Source: Gammaproteobacteria bacterium
GTDB lineage: Bacteria > Pseudomonadota > Gammaproteobacteria > UBA4575
Assembly (NCBI GenBank): GCA_965243395.1
Contig: CBDEUS010000001.1
Coordinates: 768,001-832,000 of the forward strand
Length of the DNA stretch: 64,000 bases
Direction: 5' to 3'
Shown here: one piece after another, positions 32,252-42,440 of the stretch
How positions within the stretch are numbered: the stretch's first letter is position 1
Layout: each line of letters begins with the position of its first letter
Program-made: the position numbers and the translations under genes
The notes under the pieces: model-generated
The model's database searches: none
What the model was told of the DNA's origin: nothing
Seen by the model: the letters and a program-made list of their open reading frames with translations, nothing else

Positions 32252-34528
32252 ATGTTAAATAAAGAGCTAGAATTTACTCTAAACGTTGCATTCAAAGAAG
32301 CGCGAGAAAAACGTCATGAGTTTATGACGGTAGAACATTTATTACTTGCGCTTACTCAAAATCCAGCAGCGGCTGATGTGTTACGAGCTTGTGGCACCAA
32401 TCTAACAAAACTTGCAACTGAGCTTAGCGAATTTATAAGCGATAATACTCCGGTATTGCCTGAAGATGATGATCGGGACACGCAACCAACACTAGGATTT
32501 CAGCGCGTATTGCAACGTGCAGTGTTTCATGTGCAATCGTCTGGTAAAAAAGAAGCAGAAGTTACCGGCGCAAATGTTTTGGTGGCTATATTTGGAGAAC
32601 AAGAGTCGCATGCAGTTTATTTATTAGGGCAGCATGATATTGCACGTCTTGATGTTGTAAATTTCATTGCACATGGAATTTCAAAAGTCCCTATGGATTC
32701 AGAAAATGAATTAACAGGTGAACCAGAACTGGATGTAAATGGTGACGCTCCTGCGCCAAAACCATTAGAGCGTTTTGCTACAAACTTAAATGCGAGAGCA
32801 GTTGATGGGAAAATTGATCCATTAATTGGACGCGATAATGAAATAGAGCGAGTAGTACAAATTCTTTGCCGTCGCCGTAAAAATAATCCTTTATTAGTAG
32901 GCGAAGCAGGTGTGGGGAAAACTGCTATAGCGGAAGGCTTAGCAAAAAGAATTGTTGAAAAACAAGTTCCTGAGATTTTACAAGACAGCACTATATATGC
33001 ATTAGACCTAGGCGGTTTGGTCGCTGGTACAAAATATCGTGGTGATTTTGAAAAGCGTTTAAAAGGTGTCTTGCATCAACTCAAAGAAGAAAAAGGTGCA
33101 ATTTTATTTATTGATGAGATTCATACTGTAATTGGAGCAGGTTCTGCATCGGGTGGTGTAATGGATGCGTCGAATTTAATTAAGCCAATGCTCAGTTCTG
33201 GTGAATTAAAGTGTATAGGTTCGACTACCTATCAAGAATTCCGCGGCGTGTTCGAAAAAGATCGTGCTTTAGCGCGTCGTTTCCAGAACATCGATATTGA
33301 TGAGCCTAGCGTGGATGAAACCTTCCAAATCCTTAAAGGATTGCGTAGTCGTTTTGAAGAACATCATGCTGTGAAGTATTCTGATAAAGCCTTAAAGACA
33401 GCGGCGGAACTTGCTGACAAGCATATAAATGACCGTCATTTACCGGATAAGGCAATCGATGTGATTGATGAGGCGGGTGCCAATATGAATCTCAAGCCGA
33501 AATCTGCACGCAAAAAAAATATTACCGTCAAGCAAATTGAAGATGTGGTTGCAAAAATGGCGCGTATCCCGCCTAAGCACGTTAGCTCCAATGATACTGA
33601 AATTCTTAAGAATCTAGAGCGTAACTTGAAGTTGGTTGTGTTTGGCCAAGATGATGCGATCAGTACTTTGTCTACCGCAATTAAAATGTCTCGGTCGGGT
33701 ATAGGCAATGAAGATAAGCCAATTGGTTCATTCTTATTTGCTGGTCCTACTGGTGTGGGTAAAACTGAAGTCACTCGGCAATTGTCCTTGATCCTTGGTA
33801 TTGAATTATTGCGTTTCGATATGTCTGAATACATGGAACGTCATACCGTATCGCGATTGATTGGAGCACCTCCCGGTTATGTAGGTTTTGATCAAGGCGG
33901 ACTTCTTACTGACGCGGTATTAAAAGCTCCCCACTGTGTTTTGTTGCTGGATGAAATTGAAAAAGCTCATCCGGACGTATTTAATTTGTTATTACAAGTT
34001 ATGGATCATGGAACCCTCACTGATACTAACGGACGCAAAGTAGACTTCCGAAATGTAATTCTTGTGATGACTACAAATGCAGGTGCGCATGAAATGAACC
34101 GTGCGAGTGTTGGCTTTACAACTCAAGACCATCAATCGGATGGTGCGGAAATAATTAAACGTACATTCACACCTGAATTTAGAAATCGACTGGATGGAAT
34201 TATTCAGTTCTCTCCACTTGATCAAAAAACCGTTCTTCATGTGGTTGATAAATTTGTTGCTCAACTCGAAGCGCAACTTGAATCTAAGAAAGTGGAAATA
34301 CATATCGAACCATCAGCAAAACAGTGGATTGCTGATCGCGGTTATGATGTGAAAATGGGTGCTCGACCGATGGATCGGATCATTCAAGAGCACATTAAGA
34401 AACCTCTTGCAGAAGAAATCTTGTTTGGCCGCTTAGAGCATGGTGGCAAAGTTGTTGTTCGCGCCAGCGAAGATCAGGCAGATAGCGATGAGCTAGAGAT
34501 CGAATTTCTAGAGAAAGTTACCAACTAA
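32252..34528 (+). CDS. clpA: ATP-dependent Clp protease ATP-binding subunit
   Basis: Two AAA+ modules (GEAGVGKT, GPTGVGKT) and HEFMTVEHLLLAL; downstream of clpS. Confidence 0.97.
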   Translation: MLNKELEFTLNVAFKEAREKRHEFMTVEHLLLALTQNPAAADVLRACGTNLTKLATELSEFISDNTPVLPEDDDRDTQPTLGFQRVLQRAVFHVQSSGKKEAEVTGANVLVAIFGEQESHAVYLLGQHDIARLDVVNFIAHGISKVPMDSENELTGEPELDVNGDAPAPKPLERFATNLNARAVDGKIDPLIGRDNEIERVVQILCRRRKNNPLLVGEAGVGKTAIAEGLAKRIVEKQVPEILQDSTIYALDLGGLVAGTKYRGDFEKRLKGVLHQLKEEKGAILFIDEIHTVIGAGSASGGVMDASNLIKPMLSSGELKCIGSTTYQEFRGVFEKDRALARRFQNIDIDEPSVDETFQILKGLRSRFEEHHAVKYSDKALKTAAELADKHINDRHLPDKAIDVIDEAGANMNLKPKSARKKNITVKQIEDVVAKMARIPPKHVSSNDTEILKNLERNLKLVVFGQDDAISTLSTAIKMSRSGIGNEDKPIGSFLFAGPTGVGKTEVTRQLSLILGIELLRFDMSEYMERHTVSRLIGAPPGYVGFDQGGLLTDAVLKAPHCVLLLDEIEKAHPDVFNLLLQVMDHGTLTDTNGRKVDFRNVILVMTTNAGAHEMNRASVGFTTQDHQSDGAEIIKRTFTPEFRNRLDGIIQFSPLDQKTVLHVVDKFVAQLEAQLESKKVEIHIEPSAKQWIADRGYDVKMGARPMDRIIQEHIKKPLAEEILFGRLEHGGKVVVRASEDQADSDELEIEFLEKVTN

Positions 34529-34563
34529 CTTTTACTTTTCTGAACTTTTATTTCCTTGAGCTA

Positions 34564-34782
34564 CTACTTTCCGCGGAAAGTTATTCTACCTTTGGTAAGA
34601 TCGTAAGGAGTCATTTCAACAGTGACCTTGTCACCTGTCAAAATCTTAATGTAATGTTTACGCATGCGCCCTGATATGTGGGCGGTAATCGTATGCCCAT
34701 TCTCAAGCTCAACACGAAACATGGTATTAGGTAGGGTTTCAATAACCGTACCTTCCATTTCAATTTGATCTTCTTTTGCCAT
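34564..34782 (-). CDS. infA: translation initiation factor IF-1
   Basis: [11 protein letters not shown]...[14 protein letters not shown]...PYDLTKGRI. Confidence 0.98.
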   Translation of the reverse strand: MAKEDQIEMEGTVIETLPNTMFRVELENGHTITAHISGRMRKHYIKILTGDKVTVEMTPYDLTKGRITFRGK

Positions 34783-34915
34783 GCAGCTCTTTCATTAGAT
34801 TAAGAAGTCGCACATTATGGTAGAACAAAAAAATAAAACAAGGGATTTGATTTGTGAGTACAATGACTTACTCTAATTTCTCTCAGAATTTAATCATTTT
34901 TTAGCATTTTTTAAC

Positions 34916-35845
34916 ATGAGTCACGCATATATATTCCCTGGTCAGGGTTCACAGTCAGTAGGCATGCTTGCCGAGTTGGCTGATCAATACTCGGAGGTTA
35001 AAGAGACATTTGAACAAGCTTCGGATATTTTGCAACAGAATCTATGGGAGCTTGTAGCAAACGGACCGGATCATGAGATTAACCGAACAGAAAATACGCA
35101 ACCCATCATGCTATGCGCAAGTGTTGCTGTGTACAGAGTATGGGCTAAACAATTTGCAAAAGCTCCCATGTTTATGGCGGGGCATAGCTTTGGTGAATAC
35201 ACCGCTTTAGTCTGCTCTGGTGTATTAGAGTTTGAAAAAACAGTTCCACTTGCTCGTTATAGAGGTGAAATGATGCAGCAAGCGGTACCCGAAGGTCAGG
35301 GAGCAATGGCAGCAGTATTGGGTTTAGAAGATAGTAAACTGATAGAAGTATGCGCTGATGCTGCACAGGAGCAGGTCGTTGAAGCTGTAAACTTTAATGC
35401 ACCTGGACAAGTGGTGATTGCAGGTGATAGCGATGCGGTTAACCGAGCAATTGAAATGGCAAAAGCTGCAGGCGCTAAACGTGCAGTATTGTTGCCATTG
35501 AGTGTTCCTTCGCACAGTAGTTTGATGCAACCTGCCGCAGATAAATTGCGAGATTATTTAGCGGATATTAATTTGCAAGTTTCTGAACTGAAGGTTATAC
35601 ATAACGTTGATGTTAAATCTTATGACACTGAGCAAGAAATTAAGGATGCTCTATATCGACAATTGTTTAACCCTGTTCGATGGGTAGAAACAATTCAGTA
35701 TATGCTTACGGAAGGTGTGAGCGTATTTATCGAATTGGGTCCTGGTAAAGTACTTACTGGTTTAAGTAAGCGCATTGATAGAAGTGCTGCTTGTTATTGT
35801 GTACAAGATACTAAAAGCTTGGAGCAAGCATTAGAGAACTTATAA
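34916..35845 (+). CDS. fabD: malonyl-CoA:ACP transacylase
   Basis: FPGQGSQ, GHSFGEY, SVPSHS. Confidence 0.96.
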   Translation: MSHAYIFPGQGSQSVGMLAELADQYSEVKETFEQASDILQQNLWELVANGPDHEINRTENTQPIMLCASVAVYRVWAKQFAKAPMFMAGHSFGEYTALVCSGVLEFEKTVPLARYRGEMMQQAVPEGQGAMAAVLGLEDSKLIEVCADAAQEQVVEAVNFNAPGQVVIAGDSDAVNRAIEMAKAAGAKRAVLLPLSVPSHSSLMQPAADKLRDYLADINLQVSELKVIHNVDVKSYDTEQEIKDALYRQLFNPVRWVETIQYMLTEGVSVFIELGPGKVLTGLSKRIDRSAACYCVQDTKSLEQALENL

Positions 35846-35877
35846 CTAAAAAATAAAGTTAAGTGAGAAAATAATCT

Positions 35878-36615
35878 ATGAGTAATCAAGTTGCGCTTGT
35901 TACAGGCGCCAGCCGTGGAATCGGTAAAGCAATTTTACATGGCTTAGGAGTTGGAGGTCATACTGTTGTAGGTACTGCGACTACTGAAAATGGTGCAAGC
36001 GCGATTCAAAATGAATTAGAACAGTCTGGACATGTAGGGTGTGGACTGGTTTTAGATGTAACACAAGATGAATCCATTAAAGCGTGTCTTGAAAAAATTA
36101 AATCAGAATTTAGTGCGCCCACCATTCTGATTAACAATGCAGGTATTACTAAAGACAATTTATTGATGCGCATGAAAGAGGAAGAATGGAATGATGTAAT
36201 CAATACGAATTTGTCATCTATATACCGACTTTCAAAAGCCTGCATGCGAGACATGATGAAAGCTAAGTCGGGGCGTATTATTAATATTTCTTCCGTAGTG
36301 GGTGCTTCTGGAAATGCTGGTCAAGCAAACTATGCTGCTGCCAAGGCAGGGATGATTGGTTTTACCAAATCACTTGCGCTAGAGGTGGCATCTCGCGGGA
36401 TTACTGTCAATGCTATCGCGCCAGGATTTATTGAGACGGACATGACCAGTGAATTAACAAGTGAGCAGCAAGATGCCTTACTAAAAAATGTGCCATTGGG
36501 CCGTATGGGCAATGTAAATGATATTGCCGGGGCGGTTAAATTTTTAATATCTGATGACGCCTCTTACATAACAGGTGAGACAATTCATGTTAATGGTGGC
36601 CTCTATATGGCCTAG
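35878..36615 (+). CDS. fabG: 3-oxoacyl-ACP reductase
   Basis: TGASRGIG, NNAGITKD, YAAAK. Confidence 0.96.
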   Translation: MSNQVALVTGASRGIGKAILHGLGVGGHTVVGTATTENGASAIQNELEQSGHVGCGLVLDVTQDESIKACLEKIKSEFSAPTILINNAGITKDNLLMRMKEEEWNDVINTNLSSIYRLSKACMRDMMKAKSGRIINISSVVGASGNAGQANYAAAKAGMIGFTKSLALEVASRGITVNAIAPGFIETDMTSELTSEQQDALLKNVPLGRMGNVNDIAGAVKFLISDDASYITGETIHVNGGLYMA

Positions 36616-36835
36616 AATATGTTAAATATCAAACACAATATTACTTCAACTTTATCACCTAACCTCTTGTATCTAATCAATAAACTCTCTTATTTTTTTT
36701 TTATAAACACTAAGACTAGTTTGGTATAACCTTAGATTAGCGGTATTTTACGGTGATAGCATGGTGAACACCTTTTCAATACAATAGCGACCCGATTAGG
36801 ATCGGACTAACAATTTGCAAAGAGGAAGCAGTTAT

Positions 36836-37069
36836 ATGAGCACAAATGAAGAGAGAGTAAAAAAGATTGTCGTAGAACAGTTAGGTGTGAGTGAGGATGA
36901 AGTAAAAGATGATGCGTCTTTTGTTGATGATCTTGGTGCAGACTCTTTAGATACGGTTGAATTAGTAATGGCGCTTGAAGAGGAATTTGAGTGTGAGATT
37001 CCTGACGAAGAAGCAGAGAAGATAACTACTGTTAAGCAAGCAATTGACTACGTTAACAGTCATCAATAA
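36836..37069 (+). CDS. acpP: acyl carrier protein
   Basis: [20 protein letters not shown]. Start taken at MSTNEERV. Confidence 0.97.
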   Translation: MSTNEERVKKIVVEQLGVSEDEVKDDASFVDDLGADSLDTVELVMALEEEFECEIPDEEAEKITTVKQAIDYVNSHQ

Positions 37070-37156
37070 TTCGAGCGATTTCGCATGTAAGGTAGTTGAG
37101 TTGCAACAACTGTTTCTGCCTTTTCATTATTAAATTATCTAAATAGAGCAAATAAT

Positions 37157-38398
37157 ATGTCGCGTCGACGTGTAGCGGTGACAGGCTTAGGAATCGTTTC
37201 TCCAGTTGGATCAACGATTGAAAAAGCATGGGGCAATATAACCTCTGGTAAAAGTGGTATATCAAAAATTGATTGTTTTGATGCCAGTGCTTTTTCAGTG
37301 CAAATTGCTGGTCAAACGCGTGACTTTGTTGTGGATGATTATTTATCAAAAAAAGAACAGCGCAAAATGGATCCGTTTATTCACTATGGCATTGGTGCAG
37401 GAATTCAGGCCATAGAGGATTCAGGTTTTGAGGTTACAGAAGAAAACGCAGATCGAATAGGGGTTGCGATTGGTAGTGGCATTGGTGGACTGCCTGGAAT
37501 AGAAAAAAGCAATGAAGCTTATCTAAATGGTGGGCCTAAAAAAATCTCACCATTCTTTGTGCCTAGTAACATCATAAATATGGTTTCCGGTAATTTATCT
37601 ATTATGAAAGGATATCGTGGACCTAATATTTCTATAGTTTCTGCATGTACAACGGGTACTCATAATATAGGTGATGCCGCAAGAATGATTATGTATGGCG
37701 ATGCCGATATTATGATCGCAGGTGGTGCAGAAATGGCAACTTGTCCTCTGGGTATTGGTGGTTTTGCTGCAGCAAAAGCACTTTGTTCAACACACAACGA
37801 TGACCCTGAAGGTGCAAGTCGTCCGTTTGATTTAAATCGTAACGGTTTTGTATTAGGCGATGGCGCTGGAGTCGTTGTGCTGGAAGAATTTGAAAGTGCA
37901 AAAGCACGCTCGGCAAACATATATTGTGAGCTGGTCGGTTATGGCATGAGTAGCGATGCATACCACATGACATCTCCTGCTGAAGGTGGCAGTGGTGGAG
38001 CAAAATGCATGCAAAATGCATTAGCTGATGCAGGCTTAAATGTTTCAGATGTTAATTATATTAATGCACATGGTACTTCAACACCTGCTGGTGATGTTGC
38101 TGAAACGGAAGGGATTAAAAGTATATTTGAAGATGGTGCTCAAAATGTTGCAGTGAGTTCCACAAAATCTATGACCGGGCACTTGTTGGGTGCTGCCGGC
38201 GGGGTAGAAGCGGTATTTACTATTTTGGCAGTGCATAATAATGTCTTACCTCCTACCATAAATTATGATACACCCGATCCTAAGTGTGATCTTGATTATG
38301 TTCCGAATGAAGCACGTGAATCAGAGGTGAGTGTGGCAATTTCAAATTCGTTTGGTTTTGGGGGAACGAATGGAACGGTTGCCTTTAAGAGTGTCTAA
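37157..38398 (+). CDS. fabF: beta-ketoacyl-ACP synthase II
   Basis: [31 protein letters not shown]. Confidence 0.96.
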   Translation: MSRRRVAVTGLGIVSPVGSTIEKAWGNITSGKSGISKIDCFDASAFSVQIAGQTRDFVVDDYLSKKEQRKMDPFIHYGIGAGIQAIEDSGFEVTEENADRIGVAIGSGIGGLPGIEKSNEAYLNGGPKKISPFFVPSNIINMVSGNLSIMKGYRGPNISIVSACTTGTHNIGDAARMIMYGDADIMIAGGAEMATCPLGIGGFAAAKALCSTHNDDPEGASRPFDLNRNGFVLGDGAGVVVLEEFESAKARSANIYCELVGYGMSSDAYHMTSPAEGGSGGAKCMQNALADAGLNVSDVNYINAHGTSTPAGDVAETEGIKSIFEDGAQNVAVSSTKSMTGHLLGAAGGVEAVFTILAVHNNVLPPTINYDTPDPKCDLDYVPNEARESEVSVAISNSFGFGGTNGTVAFKSV

Positions 38399-38464
38399 AC
38401 CTTCTCGTTAATTTTCTATTGCATTTGTGTCATATTTGAATGATTCAAATGTAGATATGCATTT

Positions 38465-39274
38465 ATGCAAGCTCCTGAAGTCATCATCAATGGCGTTAAA
38501 TCTGGTCAACTTTCAAGTCTAGATCGTGGTTTGAATTATGGCGATGGAGTTTTTGAAACCATTGCCGTCAAGCAGGGTGAAATCCAATATTGGGATGATC
38601 ACTTAGAACGCCTGAAACACGGTTGTGATGTCCTTAAACTGCAAGGCTTGGATGCCAGTTTATTAAAAAATGAGGCTGAGCTGCTCATTGATTCGGATTC
38701 CAAATGTGTAATTAAGATTATAATCACTCGTGGCATAGGGGAACGTGGATATAAACCTACACAAAATCCTTTAACACGTATCGTACAGAAATTTTCATGG
38801 CCAGAGTTTTCTCCTGCATACACACAAGATGGAGTAAAGGTTACGCAATGTGATTTTTATTTATCACACCAAAGTGAACTGTCTGGAATTAAACATTTAA
38901 ATCGATTAGAGCAGGTATTAGCACGTAGTGAGTGGAATGATGAATTTCAAGAGGGCTTAGTTAGCGACAATCAAAATAATATTATTGAAGCAACATCGAG
39001 CAATGTTTTTTTTGAACAAGATGGAAGGCTGGTGACTCCTGACTTAGATCAATGTGGAGTAGCCGGCGTGATGCGTAAAAAAATAATCGAGTATTGCCAA
39101 TTTAATAATACTCAAATCGAAATACGTGAAGTTAAACAGACAGAATTGGGTAACTTTCAAGGCATGTGTTTATGTAACAGCATTATTGGTGTCTGGCCTG
39201 TTGCTGCATATTGTGAGCGCGAGCTTGCTAGAACCGCTATAATCGATCAATTAATGACTGAATTTAATCGCTAG
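38465..39274 (+). CDS. pabC: aminodeoxychorismate lyase
   Basis: DRGLNYGDGVFET, GIKHLNRLEQVL, GVAGVMR. Confidence 0.93.
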   Translation: MQAPEVIINGVKSGQLSSLDRGLNYGDGVFETIAVKQGEIQYWDDHLERLKHGCDVLKLQGLDASLLKNEAELLIDSDSKCVIKIIITRGIGERGYKPTQNPLTRIVQKFSWPEFSPAYTQDGVKVTQCDFYLSHQSELSGIKHLNRLEQVLARSEWNDEFQEGLVSDNQNNIIEATSSNVFFEQDGRLVTPDLDQCGVAGVMRKKIIEYCQFNNTQIEIREVKQTELGNFQGMCLCNSIIGVWPVAAYCERELARTAIIDQLMTEFNR

Positions 39275-39284
39275 GTATTTTTGC

Positions 39285-40316
39285 GTGAAAACATATACAC
39301 GTGTAATCAGTTCAATCTTAATAATTTTAACAATAGCGGTTACTCTGTTAACTGTTTATTTTAAGGAATATGCCAATACACCATTAAGTAAAAACGAAAT
39401 GGAAATGCAACTCATAATTGAGCCGGGCATGAATTTTAAACAGATCACGCAAAAATTAGTTGATCTTGACGTTGTGAATGAAACATTACCCTGGCATGTT
39501 TTTGGTCGTGTGAGCGGCGCTAGCAATTCCATTAAAGCAGGTGAATACACCATAAGGGGCAATTTAAGTCCGGTACAGTTATTAAACAAACTCATCAAGG
39601 GAGACACTATTCAGTTTAGCCTTACAGTGATTGAAGGCTGGACATTTAATCAACTATGGGATGCAGTGTTGAGTCATGAAAAAATAAAACAAACTGCAAC
39701 ATCAAAACAAGAGCTCCTTGAGGAGTTGGATATAACGCAACATCCGGAAGGTTGGTTTTATCCTGATACTTATTATTTTCCTGCAAATACCAGCAATGTC
39801 GAATTCTTTAAGCGTGCTTATGAGCATATGCAAAGTGTGCTTGAGGAAGAATGGTCTGATCGTGCTGAAGGCACACCATTGCAAAATCCTGAAGAGGTTT
39901 TAACTTTGGCTTCTATCATTGAAAAAGAAACCAGTGTAGAAGAAGAACGAAGCATGGTGGCAGCCGTTTTTGTAACAAGGCTGAAACGCGATATGCGCTT
40001 ACAAACTGATCCCACGGTAATTTATGGTTTGGGTGATGCGTATGATGGCAATATTCGTCGTAAAGATTTAAAGGCTGATACACCTTATAACACGTATGTT
40101 CATAAAGGCTTGCCTCCAACGCCGATTGCACTGCCAAGTCGTGCCTCGATTAACGCAGCGTTGCATCCTGCCAATAGTGAAGTGATCTTTTTTGTTTCAA
40201 AAGGAGATGGCACGCATCATTTTTCAAAAACGTATGAAGAGCATCGAGATGCCGTTGTTAAATATCAGCTAGGTGGGGATAAGCATAAATATAAAGCTAA
40301 TCACGCTATTCAGTAA
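39285..40316 (+). CDS. mltG: endolytic transglycosylase MltG
   Basis: LASIIEKET, LQTDPTVIY, YNTY..GLPPTPI. Confidence 0.95.
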   Translation: MKTYTRVISSILIILTIAVTLLTVYFKEYANTPLSKNEMEMQLIIEPGMNFKQITQKLVDLDVVNETLPWHVFGRVSGASNSIKAGEYTIRGNLSPVQLLNKLIKGDTIQFSLTVIEGWTFNQLWDAVLSHEKIKQTATSKQELLEELDITQHPEGWFYPDTYYFPANTSNVEFFKRAYEHMQSVLEEEWSDRAEGTPLQNPEEVLTLASIIEKETSVEEERSMVAAVFVTRLKRDMRLQTDPTVIYGLGDAYDGNIRRKDLKADTPYNTYVHKGLPPTPIALPSRASINAALHPANSEVIFFVSKGDGTHHFSKTYEEHRDAVVKYQLGGDKHKYKANHAIQ

Positions 40317-40328
40317 ATGTGACAAATC

Positions 40329-40985
40329 ATGGGTAAAGATACGGAAGAAATGTTCCATGGAAAGTTTATAACTTTTGAAGGAACGGAGGGAGTAGGAAAG
40401 ACTACCCAAATTCACTTATTAGAAAAATATTTACAGACAAAAAATATAAACTGTATCGTCACTCGTGAACCTGGCGGGACGCCTCTGGGTGAACGTATTA
40501 GAGAAATATTATTGAATAAAAAAAATGAATACATGGATGAGATGACGGAACTGCTGCTGATGTTTTCTGCGCGAGCACAACATTTAGAAGAAATTATTTA
40601 TCCAGCCTTAAAAAAAGAGACATGGGTATTATGCGACCGATTTACTGATGCAAGTTATGCCTATCAGGGAAGCGGGCGAGGAGTTCCCTACGAAAAAATC
40701 AGATTAATAGAAAGCGCTGTTCAAGGTAATTTCAAACCTGATTTAACCATTTTATTATCAGGAGATATCGAAACTGGAATGCGTAGAGTATCTAAACGTG
40801 GTAATAAAGATCGATTTGAGCTAGAAGAGGTAGAGTTTTTTGAACGAGTAAGACATGGTTATTTAAAGCTTGCTAAAAATAATGCTGAAAGGTTTGGAGT
40901 AATTGATGCAGATCAATCCATAGATAAGGTTGCACTAGCCATACAAGCAAAATGCAAGCAACGGTTTGCTGAATTGATCGTTTAA
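40329..40985 (+). CDS. tmk: thymidylate kinase
   Basis: FEGTEGVGKTT, REPGG, DRFTDASYAYQ. Confidence 0.96.
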   Translation: MGKDTEEMFHGKFITFEGTEGVGKTTQIHLLEKYLQTKNINCIVTREPGGTPLGERIREILLNKKNEYMDEMTELLLMFSARAQHLEEIIYPALKKETWVLCDRFTDASYAYQGSGRGVPYEKIRLIESAVQGNFKPDLTILLSGDIETGMRRVSKRGNKDRFELEEVEFFERVRHGYLKLAKNNAERFGVIDADQSIDKVALAIQAKCKQRFAELIV

Positions 40986-40999
40986 TATAATTTAAATTT

Positions 41000-41992
41000 A
41001 TGATTTACCCATGGCAGATTGAAAATTGGCGACATGCAATTCGGTATCTAAAAGATAACCGATTAACTCATGCTGTATTGCTTAGTGGGGCTGAAGCTAT
41101 AGGCAAGCTTGAATTTTGTTTTGCTCTTATACAACGTATTAATTGCACAAATCCAACTTTAGATGATCATGCTTGTGGTGAATGCAAAGACTGTCGTTTA
41201 TTTGCGGCAGACACTCACCCAGATGTTCGCATGCTAAATGTGGATGATGAAGACATGAAATCATCCGAGCAAATTAAGGTAGATGATATTCGTGATATCA
41301 ATCAGTTCATGACCTTAAGTCGCCAACAAGGTGCTTATAAAATAGTTTGCATTAACCGTGCTGAGGCGATGAATGTTAATGCAGCTAATGCGCTTCTTAA
41401 GACTTTGGAAGAGCCACCAGAATTTTCACTATTATTTTTGGTTAGTCATCGTGTAGATGCTTTGCTACCGACGATTAGAAGCCGCTGTCAAACATGGAAA
41501 TTTGATTTACCTGATAGAGAACATGCTCTGTCTTGGTTGAATCAACAAGAACAACAAGTAGATTGGCTGCCTATGCTTAACTCAGCGGGTGGACGGCCAC
41601 TGCTCGCATTGGAGCTTAAGCGATCAGGCTTAGGGGCAGCCCGGGCTGGTTATTATGAAGATTTAAATCAATTTTTAATGGGCAAATGTAAAGTTACGAG
41701 AATCTCAGCCAAACATCAGGATGAGCCTCTGGAGAGGTTGGTGACATGGCAACAGGCCTGGTGTGCAGACTTGATTCGTTGTCATTACGATAATCAGCCA
41801 GTAACCCTTGAAAACCTCGACATTCGTCGGAGCTTGCATAGTCTAGTGGGTCAAGTAGACTTACATTTGCTATTCAGATTTATGGACAAACTTATTGAAT
41901 TACGTAGGTTTTCTACCGCGCCACTCAATAAGAGGTTGTTCATCGAAGACATGCTTATTCGATGTCAGGAAGTTCTAGAGCAACCGGTATAA
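41000..41992 (+). CDS. holB: DNA polymerase III subunit delta'
   Basis: YPWQ, Zn motif CGECKDC, ANALLKTLEEP, TIRSRC. Confidence 0.93.
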   Translation: MIYPWQIENWRHAIRYLKDNRLTHAVLLSGAEAIGKLEFCFALIQRINCTNPTLDDHACGECKDCRLFAADTHPDVRMLNVDDEDMKSSEQIKVDDIRDINQFMTLSRQQGAYKIVCINRAEAMNVNAANALLKTLEEPPEFSLLFLVSHRVDALLPTIRSRCQTWKFDLPDREHALSWLNQQEQQVDWLPMLNSAGGRPLLALELKRSGLGAARAGYYEDLNQFLMGKCKVTRISAKHQDEPLERLVTWQQAWCADLIRCHYDNQPVTLENLDIRRSLHSLVGQVDLHLLFRFMDKLIELRRFSTAPLNKRLFIEDMLIRCQEVLEQPV

Positions 41993-42015
41993 AGCCGAGA
42001 ATATACAACTAAATT

Positions 42016-42360
42016 ATGGCAGAAGGCAGCAGAGGCATACTATCGCTAGCAATTAAGGACAAAGGCTCCTTATATGCGGCCTATATTCCATTTATTAAAA
42101 ATGGTGGTCTGTTCATACCGACTAACAAAACATATAAGCTTAATGATGAAGTATTCATGCTTCTCACACTTATGGATGAGACCGAGCGCTTACCCGTAGC
42201 TGGAAATGTTGTATGGATCACCCCACCCAATGCTCAAGGCAATCGTACGGCTGGAATTGGTGTTCAGTTTAGTAAGCAAGACAATGGCCAGACAAGAAAT
42301 AAGATAGAAACCCTGCTCGCGGGTGCACTTCAGGCTGATCGACCTACCCACACTATGTAA
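42016..42360 (+). CDS. pilZ: type IV pilus assembly protein PilZ
   Basis: GILSLAIKDKGSLYAAYIPFIKNGGLFIPT...RPTHTM; directly after holB. Confidence 0.93.
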   Translation: MAEGSRGILSLAIKDKGSLYAAYIPFIKNGGLFIPTNKTYKLNDEVFMLLTLMDETERLPVAGNVVWITPPNAQGNRTAGIGVQFSKQDNGQTRNKIETLLAGALQADRPTHTM

Positions 42361-42440
42361 CTTGCGTATGATTGCGCAAGCTTTGGAATTGTTGTCTCAT
42401 AGAATGGTCTAGAGACATAATACTTCTATATTTTCTGTAA

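Noticed and set aside
42016-42360. PilZ as the c-di-GMP receptor for the local circuit
   Set aside because: It is the holB-linked pilus-assembly PilZ type and lacks the RxxxR and D/NxSxxG binding motifs.
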